Shown: positions 37,094-46,880 of the stretch, piece after piece
Layout: every line of letters begins with the position of its first letter
Numbering within the stretch: position 1 is the stretch's first letter
Origin: a virus
Length of the DNA stretch: 64,000 bases
IMG/VR virus record: IMGVR_UViG_3300036772_000557
Span: 26,449 to 90,448 of that record
Strand: one strand, 5' to 3'
Notes under the pieces: generated by a model
What the model was told of the DNA's origin: nothing
Seen by the model: only the letters and a program-made list of their open reading frames with translations
Databases searched by the model: none
Position numbers and translations under genes: made by a program

Positions 37094-37600
37094 CTATTCG
37101 TCCCCGCTCTCGCGCTTGGTGCGCCGGCTCTTCGAGCCAGAGGACGCATTGTCCTCGAGGACCGGCGCCGGCGGCTCGCTCGGATCAGGTGGCGGTGCCG
37201 GAGGCGGCATGAAGTCCGCCATGGACAGAACCGACACGCCTTGATGCACGCCGACGACGTCCGCCACGCCTTCGGACGGGAACGCCATGACGTGCTGCAG
37301 TTCCCCGTTGGGCATCGTCGTCTCTTCGGAATGATATTCGACACCATCGAACGATAGCGAGAACGGGCCGTCTGTGTGCACCAGCGGCATCGTTTGGCCG
37401 GATAGTTCACGGCGTTTGACGAATCCTGGCAAGGCAAAGCCTCCTTTGTGCAAAAACTCGGCGGCTGCGGCCGGCGTCACGTTGACTAGCCAGCGGTCGC
37501 CCGGGGCGGCGCGGTAAGGCTCGAAGCTGCGGTCGTGCGAACAAATCGGGAAGCTATAGGTCTCGCCGAGCGGGCAGACCAGCGTGATTAGCTCTTCCAT
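37094..37600 (-). CDS. Hypothetical protein with a Pro-rich tail
   Basis: Start set at MEELITL; C-terminal PPPAPPPDP. Confidence 0.55.
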   Translation of the reverse strand: MEELITLVCPLGETYSFPICSHDRSFEPYRAAPGDRWLVNVTPAAAAEFLHKGGFALPGFVKRRELSGQTMPLVHTDGPFSLSFDGVEYHSEETTMPNGELQHVMAFPSEGVADVVGVHQGVSVLSMADFMPPPAPPPDPSEPPAPVLEDNASSGSKSRRTKRESGDE

Positions 37601-37863
37601 GGTTTTGCTTTTCCCTGTTCTGCCGCCAACTCGGCGACGATTGCGCGGCGCGTGCGGGCTATCGTTTCTGTGATCGCCTCGCTCAGCACGGCCGATATCG
37701 CCTGCTCCTGGTGCTGGCGATGGTCGCCGGTTTTGCGGCTGACGCGGAGGGCGCAATTCTCGCGGTTCCGCTCGGCGCGCCATGCGACATAATCTGGATC
37801 GCGGTTGTGCTCGTATTCAGACGCGCGGGCGACCCCGCTGCGATCGTATTCGCCTCGTGGCAT
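37588..37863 (-). CDS. Small hypothetical protein
   Basis: 91-aa ORF in operon orientation. Confidence 0.4.
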   Translation of the reverse strand: MPRGEYDRSGVARASEYEHNRDPDYVAWRAERNRENCALRVSRKTGDHRQHQEQAISAVLSEAITETIARTRRAIVAELAAEQGKAKPWKS

Positions 37864-37962
37864 TTGCGGTCTTTCAAAATGGAAACGGCCCCGGAAAGGG
37901 GCCGAGTTACTGCAGGTGTCTGCAGCTAGCCGACCGGCGGTCGGTTAGCTGTGGTCGCCACC

Positions 37963-38271
37963 TCACCGAATCAGCGGTCTTGTGTTATAGGGATCGAGGT
38001 ATTGAGGACTCAGCGTCCTCTCCGTCGCCCTGATCAGGCTCTTGGCATCGTTGTTAGACATGGCGCGATCTATGATGCGAGCGCATTCGCTCGCCGATTT
38101 GTTGTGTTCCGCCGGCGATCCGTGTGGGGTCGGCTTCGCCCAACGCCCAGGCCGGACCGCGGTGCCGCCCTTCTTGGGCTTGTTCTGCACGATCCGGCCG
38201 TCCTCGGTGATCCACACCGTGATCGCGAGCCCATCGGCTAGGTTCTGTGCCTTCTCTTGCGTCGTCAGCAT
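37963..38271 (-). CDS. Small hypothetical protein
   Basis: 102-aa ORF in operon orientation. Confidence 0.5.
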   Translation of the reverse strand: MLTTQEKAQNLADGLAITVWITEDGRIVQNKPKKGGTAVRPGRWAKPTPHGSPAEHNKSASECARIIDRAMSNNDAKSLIRATERTLSPQYLDPYNTRPLIR

Positions 38272-38330
38272 GCGGCTATCCTAGCACAATTTGACGGGTG
38301 GCAAGCGCCGCCTTGCAGAAGGCGAAGAGT

Positions 38331-38597
38331 TCAAGGTTCGTCATCGGGCGGCGGCCAATAATGTGCATCGGGCGGCGGCCAAAAATCTGCGAACAGCTGC
38401 AAGAGATGAAGCATGAAGCGTCGTAACGATTCGTTTGGGTCATCCGAGGCCAAGCATAGATTCACAATGACGTCCGCAAGCGCCGGTAATGCAGTGTATG
38501 GCGAATAACCGCCTTCGTTAATGTCGCGGCCTATCTTCTCGATCAGGTCGCCCACGCGCTCGACGAACTCGTCGCCTTCGAGGTCATCGTCGCTCAT
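38331..38597 (-). CDS. Small acidic protein with duplicated WPPPD tail
   Basis: 88 aa; 24-bp duplication at about 38342-38390. Confidence 0.55.
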   Translation of the reverse strand: MSDDDLEGDEFVERVGDLIEKIGRDINEGGYSPYTALPALADVIVNLCLASDDPNESLRRFMLHLLQLFADFWPPPDAHYWPPPDDEP

Positions 38598-38613
38598 TTG
38601 GGCTGCGCCGTGG

Positions 38614-39231
38614 TCATGCTCGGCCCTTTGGGGTCGCGATCATCAACGCTATAATGGGCTTGTCCGCCAAGTTTACTACCGTGCGGCACATCTCAACGAA
38701 TTCATCGTCAGTGAAACGCTGTCGCGCGACATTCGCCCAATGCGTCACTAACCGCACATTACTCCGAACATAGGGACCAACCGCATCTATTCTGTCAATC
38801 GATAGCGTATCAGGGCCTCGATTGCTGTCGATTCCCCATTTTAATTCTCGCCCCGTTAACGCGCATTTGCCGTCCTGGTGTTCGTATATCGCCAGCACAT
38901 CGTCAGTCGTTAGGGTAAAAAGAATTTTGGCTTTGCGGCATTGTTGCCGACGTGTGGTCAGATTGGTGTTGACCCAACCACGAAGGTTTGATCTGTTCCT
39001 GACGTATTTAGCGCGCGCGTGCCGCCGGAACATTTCCACATTCTTAGCATAATACGCCTTCCGCCCCGCTGGATTTTTCGCCCGCGATGCGCGGGTCCTT
39101 ACTCCGAAACAGATCTTGCACTCTGGCTTATGTTTTCCCGGTTGATCGGACCGCCGATAAAATTCGGAGATAGGTTTTACCTGTCGGCATTTGCTGCAGC
39201 GTTTTTGGTCGGATAAGATAAACAGAGCCAT
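38614..39231 (-). CDS. Free-standing HNH-type (beta-beta-alpha-Me) homing endonuclease
   Basis: N-terminal CxxC..K...EFY..CxxC zinc finger; GKCALTG...SIDRID...Y...NVRLV..WAN; lower GC. Confidence 0.85.
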   Translation of the reverse strand: MALFILSDQKRCSKCRQVKPISEFYRRSDQPGKHKPECKICFGVRTRASRAKNPAGRKAYYAKNVEMFRRHARAKYVRNRSNLRGWVNTNLTTRRQQCRKAKILFTLTTDDVLAIYEHQDGKCALTGRELKWGIDSNRGPDTLSIDRIDAVGPYVRSNVRLVTHWANVARQRFTDDEFVEMCRTVVNLADKPIIALMIATPKGRA

Positions 39232-39334
39232 GACCGCGCTCCTACGCGATTGTGGTGAGGGGGTCGAGAGACGGTTGCCACGTCCTCGATCCCCGCCATC
39301 ATATCGCGCCTAGAGCTAACGTCAACTCCTATCG

Positions 39335-40864
39335 TCAGCCGTTTGCAATATTACTGATGACGCCCATAGCAAAAGGAGCATAGACGGCCAGTACCTCTTC
39401 CGCATAAACACCGACTTGTCTCTCTCTGGTAACTATCGGCCAGTCTAACTGATAGTAGTCCTGCCTCACTTTAACCTCAGCTACATTAGGAACCTCGTTC
39501 GACTGGTACTGGATCGGGAGGTTCTCGGCCCAGCCGACGATGGTGCCTGATGGCAGGTTGGGGTGCAGCCGGATGGGGATGCGCAGGCCGCCGTTGAGGG
39601 CGAAGGGGTTGTAGTAATATTGGATCACGCCCGATGCGGTCAGCTGGTACTCGCCGCCGCTTCCGTCTGCCGGGCTGTCGTAGCGCAGCAGCGGGCCCGC
39701 GGTATTGGACAGCACCTTGCTGGTGATGTTCTTCAGCTCTTGCGAATTGACGTACAGCACGGTCGGGCTGACCCGGAACGTATCCCACATCTTTTGGAAC
39801 ATCGTGTCGATCTCGACGACCGAGCCGCGGCCGGAAGCGGTCAACGTTGTGCCGGTGCCGGCGGTGCCGGTCGCCAGGGTGTTGACATAGGCGTTGTTCG
39901 CCGAGTTCAGGGCTGTGGTCAGGAGACCATCGAAGGCGGTGGTCGTCCCGCCGGCGAGGGAGCCGTTGTTGGCCGAATGATCGCCGGTGACGGCGGTCAC
40001 TAATTGGCCTGTTCCGAGCAGCGGGGCGCTGAACGCTGCGCTGTTGATCGTGGTGATCGCCTCAAGCTTCTCGGCGCCACTGGTGGTGCTGACATACCAG
40101 GCATAGGCGACGGCACCCTGGATGGCGGCAACTGAGCAAAACAGCGTGTTTCCAAGGGTGACGGATTGGGATGCTTCGGCGCTCGCCGCCGAAGAACCAC
40201 CATTCTGGACATAATTCTTACCGTCCGCGCCCGTGATGGAGTTCTGCACCGCGACCCCGGCGGTGAGGCTCGCGGCGCTGTATCCCTCGAGCGTCAGGGC
40301 GACGACCTTGACATAATAGGTAGTCGGCGAGCCCGGCAGGGTGGCGCCTGAACCGGAAGCCGAAAGGGTCGGCGTGCCGGGGGTGCCGAGTGCGATGCTG
40401 AAATTGCCGCCGAGCAGCGCGAACTCTTCTTTTTCCATCATCATCTGCAGGAGACGGAAGGCCATCATCGCCTGGATGTCTTCGAAGGTACGACCTGCGC
40501 TGATCGCTTCGAAGGTCGCCGAGTCCTCTTCGCCGAGCGTGACGAACGAGGCGCTCTTATTCGCCGTCGTGTAACTCATCTTGGCCGAGCGCTGGCCTTC
40601 AGGGACCCAGCCCATCGAGCGCACGCCTGAGCCGAGGATGGCGGAAACGACGCGCCAGTTGGTCATCGTGCCGACGCCCCCGCCGATGCGCGGCAGTACG
40701 TTGCGGATCGGGGTGATGAACGGATAGAGGTTCTTGGCCGGCGCCTGGAGATCGTAAGCGACCAAGCCCGTGCCGGCGACGGAAATAGACTTTGCTAGAT
40801 TATCGTTGGGTGCCCGCAGGGCCTGTTTCATCAGGTCCAGCGATTCTTGGGTAATGGTATCCAT
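39335..40864 (-). CDS. Major capsid protein with an inserted FN3/Ig-like domain
   Basis: Follows the protease/scaffold; GGAGG RBS; GL.AYDL.APAK.LYP..TP.RN..PR motif; internal PGTPTLS...YYVKVVA insert. Confidence 0.88.
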   Translation of the reverse strand: MDTITQESLDLMKQALRAPNDNLAKSISVAGTGLVAYDLQAPAKNLYPFITPIRNVLPRIGGGVGTMTNWRVVSAILGSGVRSMGWVPEGQRSAKMSYTTANKSASFVTLGEEDSATFEAISAGRTFEDIQAMMAFRLLQMMMEKEEFALLGGNFSIALGTPGTPTLSASGSGATLPGSPTTYYVKVVALTLEGYSAASLTAGVAVQNSITGADGKNYVQNGGSSAASAEASQSVTLGNTLFCSVAAIQGAVAYAWYVSTTSGAEKLEAITTINSAAFSAPLLGTGQLVTAVTGDHSANNGSLAGGTTTAFDGLLTTALNSANNAYVNTLATGTAGTGTTLTASGRGSVVEIDTMFQKMWDTFRVSPTVLYVNSQELKNITSKVLSNTAGPLLRYDSPADGSGGEYQLTASGVIQYYYNPFALNGGLRIPIRLHPNLPSGTIVGWAENLPIQYQSNEVPNVAEVKVRQDYYQLDWPIVTRERQVGVYAEEVLAVYAPFAMGVISNIANG

Positions 40865-40890
40865 TGGGAAAATTCCTCCCGTCTGGGGGG

Positions 40891-40916
40891 CAATAAAAAA
40901 CCCGCCGGCGGCGGGT
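40891..40916 (-). terminator. Hairpin plus TTTTTTATTG between the protease and capsid genes
   Basis: ACCCGCC-gcc-GGCGGGTTTTTTATTG on the minus strand. Confidence 0.7.
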
Positions 40917-40941
40917 CGGTGAAATTACTGTGATGCCAGAG

Positions 40942-43470
40942 TTAGCGGGGCGGAGCCTGGCGGTCGCGGAGTTCCGATAGGCCGGCGAGCGATCGCGGCA
41001 GCGGCATCGGCGTGCGCGTGCCTTTGAATATCGCTAGGTCGCGGTCCTGCGGGCTCATAGCCGCGAGCGCATCGGCAACGTCGTTATGCGTGGGCTGTTG
41101 ACCCGAGCCGGCCGGCGCGTTGTCGGCCGCTTTCGTGGTCGGTGTTCCGCCGCGCACGACCGCCATCGGCGGGAATGGTGTGCTGGCGATCTGCTCGACG
41201 CGTCCGCCCATTTTCTCGACCCACTCCTGCAACTTGGTGAGCATCGGCACAATCGCGGTAACCGTTTTGACCAACTCCTCGTTCAGAGCGGTCTTTAGAG
41301 CGAGCTCGCCCTGCACCTTGGCAAGCGCATCGGGCTCAGCAACAACGGCCTTTGCGGTGCTTGATGCGCCCTGGCCTTCCTCCTCGCCCTCCGGCATCGG
41401 AGTGCCGCCCGGGGTCTCAGCCGAGTGGGCATGATCCGCCCCACCGGCGCATGTGACCCCGCCGACTTGGGTGAGACATCCGTGTGCCTTGTGCATGCTG
41501 GCCATGGTTTGCCCGTCATGCCGTTCCGGATCTGGCACATCGGCTTTGCAGGTCGAGCCATCGCAAAATGCGGCCACCGACTTGTGGGCCATCTGGACGA
41601 GGACCTGGTGCGGCTTGGCGCCGGCCTTCTGCATATCGCCGGCGAGCCCCGCGAATTCGAGGACGAGCTCGGCTTGCTCGCCGCCCGCCTTCGAAAGGTT
41701 CGATGTCATCTTGCTGAGCGCGTTCGCGAGCAGCGAGGTGTCCGAGGCCTTCGGCATCGGCGATGCCGGCACGGCGCCGGCGGATGACTGCGGCGTTGCA
41801 ATCTCTCCGTTCCTGCCGGTGTCTTGCGTCGCATTCGGCGGCGGCGAGCCCAAAGGCGGGCCGGCCACCGAGCAGGCACCACTATCGATGACCGCTTTGC
41901 GCGCGTCGCCGAGAGCCACCTTGTCGGTCTTGCTCGGCCCCGACATATCCAGGGCCAAGCCTATCGCGTATGCGGCATTGTCCGCATGCACCGTATCGGA
42001 TGCGCTGAACCGCGCGCCCTTCTCTACCACGCTGTTCACTAGCGCCTCCAATATTGCGGGATCTGAAATGGTTTTGTGCAATGACGTGATGATGGCCGAC
42101 ATATTGACGGGGCCCACTCCGAGGGGGCCGACCATCATTTCGCTATCGGAGACAATCTCCTGAGTCTCTTCGGCGACGAGCGCATTCAGAAAGTCGCAGA
42201 GCTCGGCGACGATCGTCTGAAGCCGGGACGGCTGCGGGCTGTCGTCTCCCTCCATCTCGGCCTCGATCGCGAGCCACGACGATAGCGAGTCGAGGCGGAG
42301 GATGGTGTCGGCGACTTGGGCGACATCCATCAAATGCTTGGCGAGGTCCTCGCGGGTGACCGCCTTCTCGCTCGCCGACGGCGGGCCGTCCTTGTCAATC
42401 TTCGACTTCCAAGCCGAGATGATCTTCGACTTGATCGCCTTGAGATCCTCGGCGCTGTATTTTCCGGCGTTCTTGGGCTTATTGATGTAATTCCACGCCG
42501 CCCGGATGTGCTCCGGGGTGTCGATCGGGTAGCGCTTCTTTCCGTCGGCCTGATGCCCCGAGTCCGCGTAGGATACGTCGCCGTAGGGCTTCGATCCGTC
42601 GCCCGAAGCATCGCCGCCTTTCGCCGCAGGATCTTCCTCGGCCTCGGTCGCCTCGCCCTGGATAGCCGGAGGCTCGACAGGCGCGCCCATGCGTGCCAGC
42701 ACGGCCTGCCCGCGCTCCATCGCCGCCCGAGCGGCTTCGAGCGCGGCCTGTGTCTCGTCCGGAGCCGCTGTGGCATGCTCGGCGGTCTCGGCCGGGGTTT
42801 CGGTGCCGGCGCCGGTCTCGGCGACCGTAGCGCCTTCTGCGGGGCTCTCAGCCGCCTTCGCGGTCTCCTCGTCGAGGCACTTAACCGCCTCGGCCTTCGC
42901 GAGGTGCCGATGCTCGGCGTTGCCGCAGGCCCACACCTGGACCGGCTCGGCACGCGCCTGCTTGGCCGCGAGGATTTCGCCGATATTGGCGAGCCCATCG
43001 GGCATGTCGGGTGTTCCTTCAATTGTTTCGGTGACTGCGGCGGCTTTCCAGCAGTCGAAAATAGCTTCCGGGTTTGCCGGTCGGTCAACGAGGCTAATCT
43101 CGTTTAATCTTAGACCAGTAATGATCTTACGATTGGTATGATCGCGTTCAGTAACCTGACCACCAATCGAGAAGCCTCGATAGACCTGATTTCTTACCTT
43201 GGCCACCGCAACCGGATCGACAACATGGGCGACAATGCGGGTAGTGCCGTCCTCGGAGACTTCGGCTTCAAGGGTCGATCCGGCGGCGGAAAGCTGGTGC
43301 ATTTCTCTGAGAGCGGGGAACCGCATATAGTCCGGGATCGCCGCACGAATGGCATCCGAGCGGACTATCTCTCCCTGGTCGTCGATCGCCTCGCTTGATG
43401 CGATTCCCTCTACCTTGACAGTGCCGTCGTCTTGCGGCTCTACCTTGCTAATGACGCCATAGAGCCGCAT
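40942..43470 (-). CDS. Prohead protease (HK97/U35-like) fused to a DUF6582-like domain and scaffold
   Basis: VEG.AS.E..D.QGE...LREMH...GFSIGG...EISLVDRPANPEA; YGDV.YAD.G...DGKKRYPIDT.EHIRAAW.YI. Confidence 0.9.
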   Translation of the reverse strand: MRLYGVISKVEPQDDGTVKVEGIASSEAIDDQGEIVRSDAIRAAIPDYMRFPALREMHQLSAAGSTLEAEVSEDGTTRIVAHVVDPVAVAKVRNQVYRGFSIGGQVTERDHTNRKIITGLRLNEISLVDRPANPEAIFDCWKAAAVTETIEGTPDMPDGLANIGEILAAKQARAEPVQVWACGNAEHRHLAKAEAVKCLDEETAKAAESPAEGATVAETGAGTETPAETAEHATAAPDETQAALEAARAAMERGQAVLARMGAPVEPPAIQGEATEAEEDPAAKGGDASGDGSKPYGDVSYADSGHQADGKKRYPIDTPEHIRAAWNYINKPKNAGKYSAEDLKAIKSKIISAWKSKIDKDGPPSASEKAVTREDLAKHLMDVAQVADTILRLDSLSSWLAIEAEMEGDDSPQPSRLQTIVAELCDFLNALVAEETQEIVSDSEMMVGPLGVGPVNMSAIITSLHKTISDPAILEALVNSVVEKGARFSASDTVHADNAAYAIGLALDMSGPSKTDKVALGDARKAVIDSGACSVAGPPLGSPPPNATQDTGRNGEIATPQSSAGAVPASPMPKASDTSLLANALSKMTSNLSKAGGEQAELVLEFAGLAGDMQKAGAKPHQVLVQMAHKSVAAFCDGSTCKADVPDPERHDGQTMASMHKAHGCLTQVGGVTCAGGADHAHSAETPGGTPMPEGEEEGQGASSTAKAVVAEPDALAKVQGELALKTALNEELVKTVTAIVPMLTKLQEWVEKMGGRVEQIASTPFPPMAVVRGGTPTTKAADNAPAGSGQQPTHNDVADALAAMSPQDRDLAIFKGTRTPMPLPRSLAGLSELRDRQAPPR

Positions 43471-43520
43471 GGCGAGCCTCCTTCTCGTGATTTTATTGCT
43501 ATCGAAAAATTAGAGGCGGA

Positions 43521-44123
43521 TTAAAATACGAAGCCCCAGATGTAGACGTCTGCGGTCGCGGCCGCACCCTGCGCAGTCGTGAGCGAAAGAATCGGCGGCG
43601 TGGATTGCGCGAGATATTGGTTCAAACCGCCGGCCGCAGCAGCGATGTACTGATCAGTAAGCCCCGTCCCGGTGCAGCCCGTAAACGCCTGGGTGGTGCC
43701 GCTGCCGATAATGATCGTGCCGCCCTTGCTCGCCGCTGGATAGACCGCTCCGGCGGCTGTCGTCAGGGACACGCTGCAGTTTTTTGCCACCATGTAGAGT
43801 GGGATATAATGCTGCGACGAATTGATCAGCAGCGTGACTGTTTGGTCGGCGGTGGAGTTCATATTCGCGCCGATCAGCCGCCCGATCAATGTTGGGCCGC
43901 CGATGCCGACTTGCACACAGCCGGACTGCTCCAGATCGATAATGTCGTTCGCAGCGACGCCGGTCACGATGCCGTCGGCGGCTGCTGTATATGGGCCGCT
44001 CGACGGGAAGGGGTTGGGCGCGATCGTTTGAAACGGTGCACACTGCATTGTGGCGGCAAACGAGGGGCTTGCCGTTGCCAATGCAAGCGCCGCAGCGAGC
44101 CCGAACTTCGTAATATGACGCAT
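43521..44123 (-). CDS. Signal-peptide protein with a capsid-decoration-like jelly-roll C-domain
   Basis: MRHITKFGLAAALALATASPSFA signal; ANMNSTADQ...SLTTAAG.VY.AASKGG...LSLTTAQGAAATADVY.WG. Confidence 0.65.
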   Translation of the reverse strand: MRHITKFGLAAALALATASPSFAATMQCAPFQTIAPNPFPSSGPYTAAADGIVTGVAANDIIDLEQSGCVQVGIGGPTLIGRLIGANMNSTADQTVTLLINSSQHYIPLYMVAKNCSVSLTTAAGAVYPAASKGGTIIIGSGTTQAFTGCTGTGLTDQYIAAAAGGLNQYLAQSTPPILSLTTAQGAAATADVYIWGFVF

Positions 44124-44160
44124 GATGAAAAAACCTCCGGGGTTTGGAAAATCGTAAAAC

Positions 44161-44796
44161 CTAATTTGCGGTCGCGGTCCAAATCGTCTGGATCGTCGGA
44201 CTGAAGAGCAGCGCGCCGGGGTCGCCGGTTGCGGTCCCATTCAGGGCTAAGTACCGGCCGGTGGTAAGATCCTTGATGATCCAACCGCCCCCGGATGCGG
44301 TAATCGAAAATTTATCGCCGGAAGCGGCGAGACGAGCACGACCGGAGGAATCGACCAGGTATCCTGTAATCCCGACGCAAGAGCCAAGATTGGGCGTCTG
44401 TAGAGTGCTGCCGTTCCAGATCCACTTCTGGCAGCTATTTCCAGAACCCGATGACCCATAGGTCCCGACGTCCGGACTCCATCCGGCATCCGCGGCAAGT
44501 CCGTTAGGAGATGCCTTGCCGTTCCACACCGTGTATCGGCCGCTGGCGAGAGGGCCGCCGGGAGGCGGCGGCGGTGGCGGCGGAGGAGGAGGAACAACGG
44601 GCATGGCGAGGCTGGCCGCCATAGTGGTGACGTTGGTACACGTCATGACCTGCGGATGCGCACTAGAGATCGTGCATCCCTTGGAGGGGGCAGACCATGT
44701 CCCCGACGAAGCCGTGATTGTACCGGTAAATGTCTGAGCCATCGCGGGCGAAGACAATATAGCCAAGGTAACGGCTGCTCCTAAAATCCTATGCAT
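44161..44796 (-). CDS. Secreted protein: small N-domain, P11 linker, ricin-B/beta-trefoil-like lectin domain
   Basis: Signal ending SPAMA; QKW and QTIW motifs; W.IK...TGRYL. Confidence 0.6.
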   Translation of the reverse strand: MHRILGAAVTLAILSSPAMAQTFTGTITASSGTWSAPSKGCTISSAHPQVMTCTNVTTMAASLAMPVVPPPPPPPPPPPGGPLASGRYTVWNGKASPNGLAADAGWSPDVGTYGSSGSGNSCQKWIWNGSTLQTPNLGSCVGITGYLVDSSGRARLAASGDKFSITASGGGWIIKDLTTGRYLALNGTATGDPGALLFSPTIQTIWTATAN

Positions 44797-45712
44797 GTGC
44801 CCGCTCCTCTGATCGGAATAATTGGGGTGACTGCTTTACGACAGCGAAGGCCAATCCAATGGAAGCCCGCACTGCTGGATCGCTGAGCTTGTAGACCCAG
44901 CGGTCGTAGAGGAAGTGCACGAAGCCCAGCCCGGCGCGTAACGCCACGGCGGTCACCGTTATCCGCATTGAGAGCCCTGGCGCGTAGAACAGCAGCCAAA
45001 AGACGATGGCGCCGACGATGAGCAGCAGAGCAACGAATAGCCACGGCGACCGCCCATGCTGGTTCGCCATCACATGGCTCGATATCCCGATGGCCGTCAG
45101 CGAGTGGTTGAAGATGAGGAAACCCAACATGAACAGGGACTCCTGGTGGAGCGCCCACGGGCTCAGATAACCTCTCATCTCGGCGAAGGGCATGAGAATC
45201 CTTGGTAGCAGGATCATTCCAAGGAGGGTCGTCAGGACAAGGCAAAGCGTCATGGCGACGCGGCGCTGGCCTACGACATCGGCACCTCTATGCTTTCTCC
45301 TGTAGATCTGGATCACGCCGAAGTGCTGCATCCCGAAGTGGTAGGCGTTCCAGAAGAAATAGATCACCAGCATGATCACAAAGGGCTGGCGGTAGTCGCT
45401 CCAATGGTAGACCCGCACTCCCAAAGTGGCAGGGTTTATCTCGTAGACCTTGTCGACGAAGACCCCGCTGAGCATCGCCGCGAGCATGATACAGGCCGGA
45501 ACCAGGATGAACTTCACCCAGCGCTCGACCATGATCTGGCGGAACGACCGGCTTCCCCAGGCGACAGCCAGGGGCATGATGAGATGCGCGGAGTTGAAGA
45601 CAACGAAGAGACCCATCATAACCGGAAACGGGGCAAAGAGCATCGCCACCCCGACCACCGGCCCGCTCAAGATCCATACGCCGTCCCACAGCGGGCCGCG
45701 TATCCAGGTCAT
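44789..45712 (-). CDS. Polytopic membrane protein with conserved His motifs (possible membrane metalloenzyme)
   Basis: About 8 TMs; NSAH, WNAYHFGMQHFG, FNH and HFLYD motifs; ATGA-coupled start. Confidence 0.7.
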   Translation of the reverse strand: MTWIRGPLWDGVWILSGPVVGVAMLFAPFPVMMGLFVVFNSAHLIMPLAVAWGSRSFRQIMVERWVKFILVPACIMLAAMLSGVFVDKVYEINPATLGVRVYHWSDYRQPFVIMLVIYFFWNAYHFGMQHFGVIQIYRRKHRGADVVGQRRVAMTLCLVLTTLLGMILLPRILMPFAEMRGYLSPWALHQESLFMLGFLIFNHSLTAIGISSHVMANQHGRSPWLFVALLLIVGAIVFWLLFYAPGLSMRITVTAVALRAGLGFVHFLYDRWVYKLSDPAVRASIGLAFAVVKQSPQLFRSEERAHA

Positions 45713-46827
45713 GGCGTGAGCTTTATCCCTGTGTTGCACTGCCCACTTGCCCAGTTGGCGCAGGAGAATACACGGATGTATTGAACGCGCATGTGCTGAG
45801 TCACGTTGGGGGCGGCGCAGGGGCCACCGAAGTAGCACTGCTGGAACTCCTGGGCGCCCAACATCAGACCCCAGAATTGACGTTGACTGTATTGAAAGCC
45901 GGCGCTTCCGCCGTCCCAGTGCTCGTAGCAGCCGGTAGGGCTGGCGCCCTGGTTGCCGGTAGTGGTATGAACACCGTCTATATAGGTGCACTTGGCAATA
46001 CCCGTCGCGCCGTCAGTGGTCAGCAACACCCCATAATCGTGGTAGCTGAACTCGTTGTTGGGAGCGGGCGAACCGCCATTCCACAAGAAGTTGCCGCCCG
46101 AGTACGCGAACGCGCCGTTGCCACTATAACCCGTGTCCGACTCTATGAAATCCCACTCGTTGAATGGCCCCGCTGTATTGAGGCTGAAGAAGCCGAACTC
46201 CTCGCAGTAGGTGCCTCCCGGCTGGCCCTGGGCGCAATCGGGCACACCGGCGTATGGGTTGACATCGCTCGGAAGTATTTGCAAGGCAAACTGCAGGTAG
46301 ATGCCCTGTGGAAAGTTATTGGTCTGGGCTGGGGTTCCCCCGCCCCACCCTCCGTTGCCCAGACTCATGGTCGTTGCCGAGACGCCGTTGTTGCCATCGG
46401 CGTTGGTGAATGCCATCTCGAGGACGTTCTTTCCGATCGACGAGTCGTTTATTATATTGAAGTCGGAGCAGGGCGCCGTGCCGGGCGAGTTATACGATGA
46501 GGGCCACCACAGCGCCGTGCTCTGTCCATTGCACCCAAGCCAGGTGGCTATATTCGAGAAGTTGTAGGTATTGCCGTTTACGGTGAAATCGTTCGTGGTC
46601 GAGAAGTCGTAATTGGCGGCGCAAGTCGTGTACCCTGCCGCCACTGCGGGGGCCGGCAGGTCGCCGATAATGTCTGGGCCAATGTCGCAGTGGGTGCCGC
46701 CACCCGACGTGGGCGCGGGCACCACAGTTACCGTAAGGTTCGCAGTCGGTGCGGCGAAGATGGCTGCTGGCGTTAAGACCAACGCTCCAGCGAATATAAT
46801 GGCCGTCGCTTGCTTTAAAACGCTCAT
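45709..46827 (-). CDS. Secreted GH16-like glycoside hydrolase (Cys-rich)
   Basis: Signal peptide; EWDFIE (ExDxxE) catalytic motif; YHDYG..., YIDG, MRVQYIRV. Confidence 0.7.
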   Translation of the reverse strand: MSVLKQATAIIFAGALVLTPAAIFAAPTANLTVTVVPAPTSGGGTHCDIGPDIIGDLPAPAVAAGYTTCAANYDFSTTNDFTVNGNTYNFSNIATWLGCNGQSTALWWPSSYNSPGTAPCSDFNIINDSSIGKNVLEMAFTNADGNNGVSATTMSLGNGGWGGGTPAQTNNFPQGIYLQFALQILPSDVNPYAGVPDCAQGQPGGTYCEEFGFFSLNTAGPFNEWDFIESDTGYSGNGAFAYSGGNFLWNGGSPAPNNEFSYHDYGVLLTTDGATGIAKCTYIDGVHTTTGNQGASPTGCYEHWDGGSAGFQYSQRQFWGLMLGAQEFQQCYFGGPCAAPNVTQHMRVQYIRVFSCANWASGQCNTGIKLTP

Positions 46828-46880
46828 TTACAACAACCTCTCCGATCAAAAATACGGTCAGGGAGCATGATCGTCATACT

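Noticed and set aside
44789-45991. Longer ORF-track starts for several genes (45991, 8089, 15497, 36064, 37783, 50117, 29661)
   Set aside because: The extensions overlap upstream genes. Downstream ATG/GTG starts with RBS or stop-start coupling, often exposing signal peptides, fit better.
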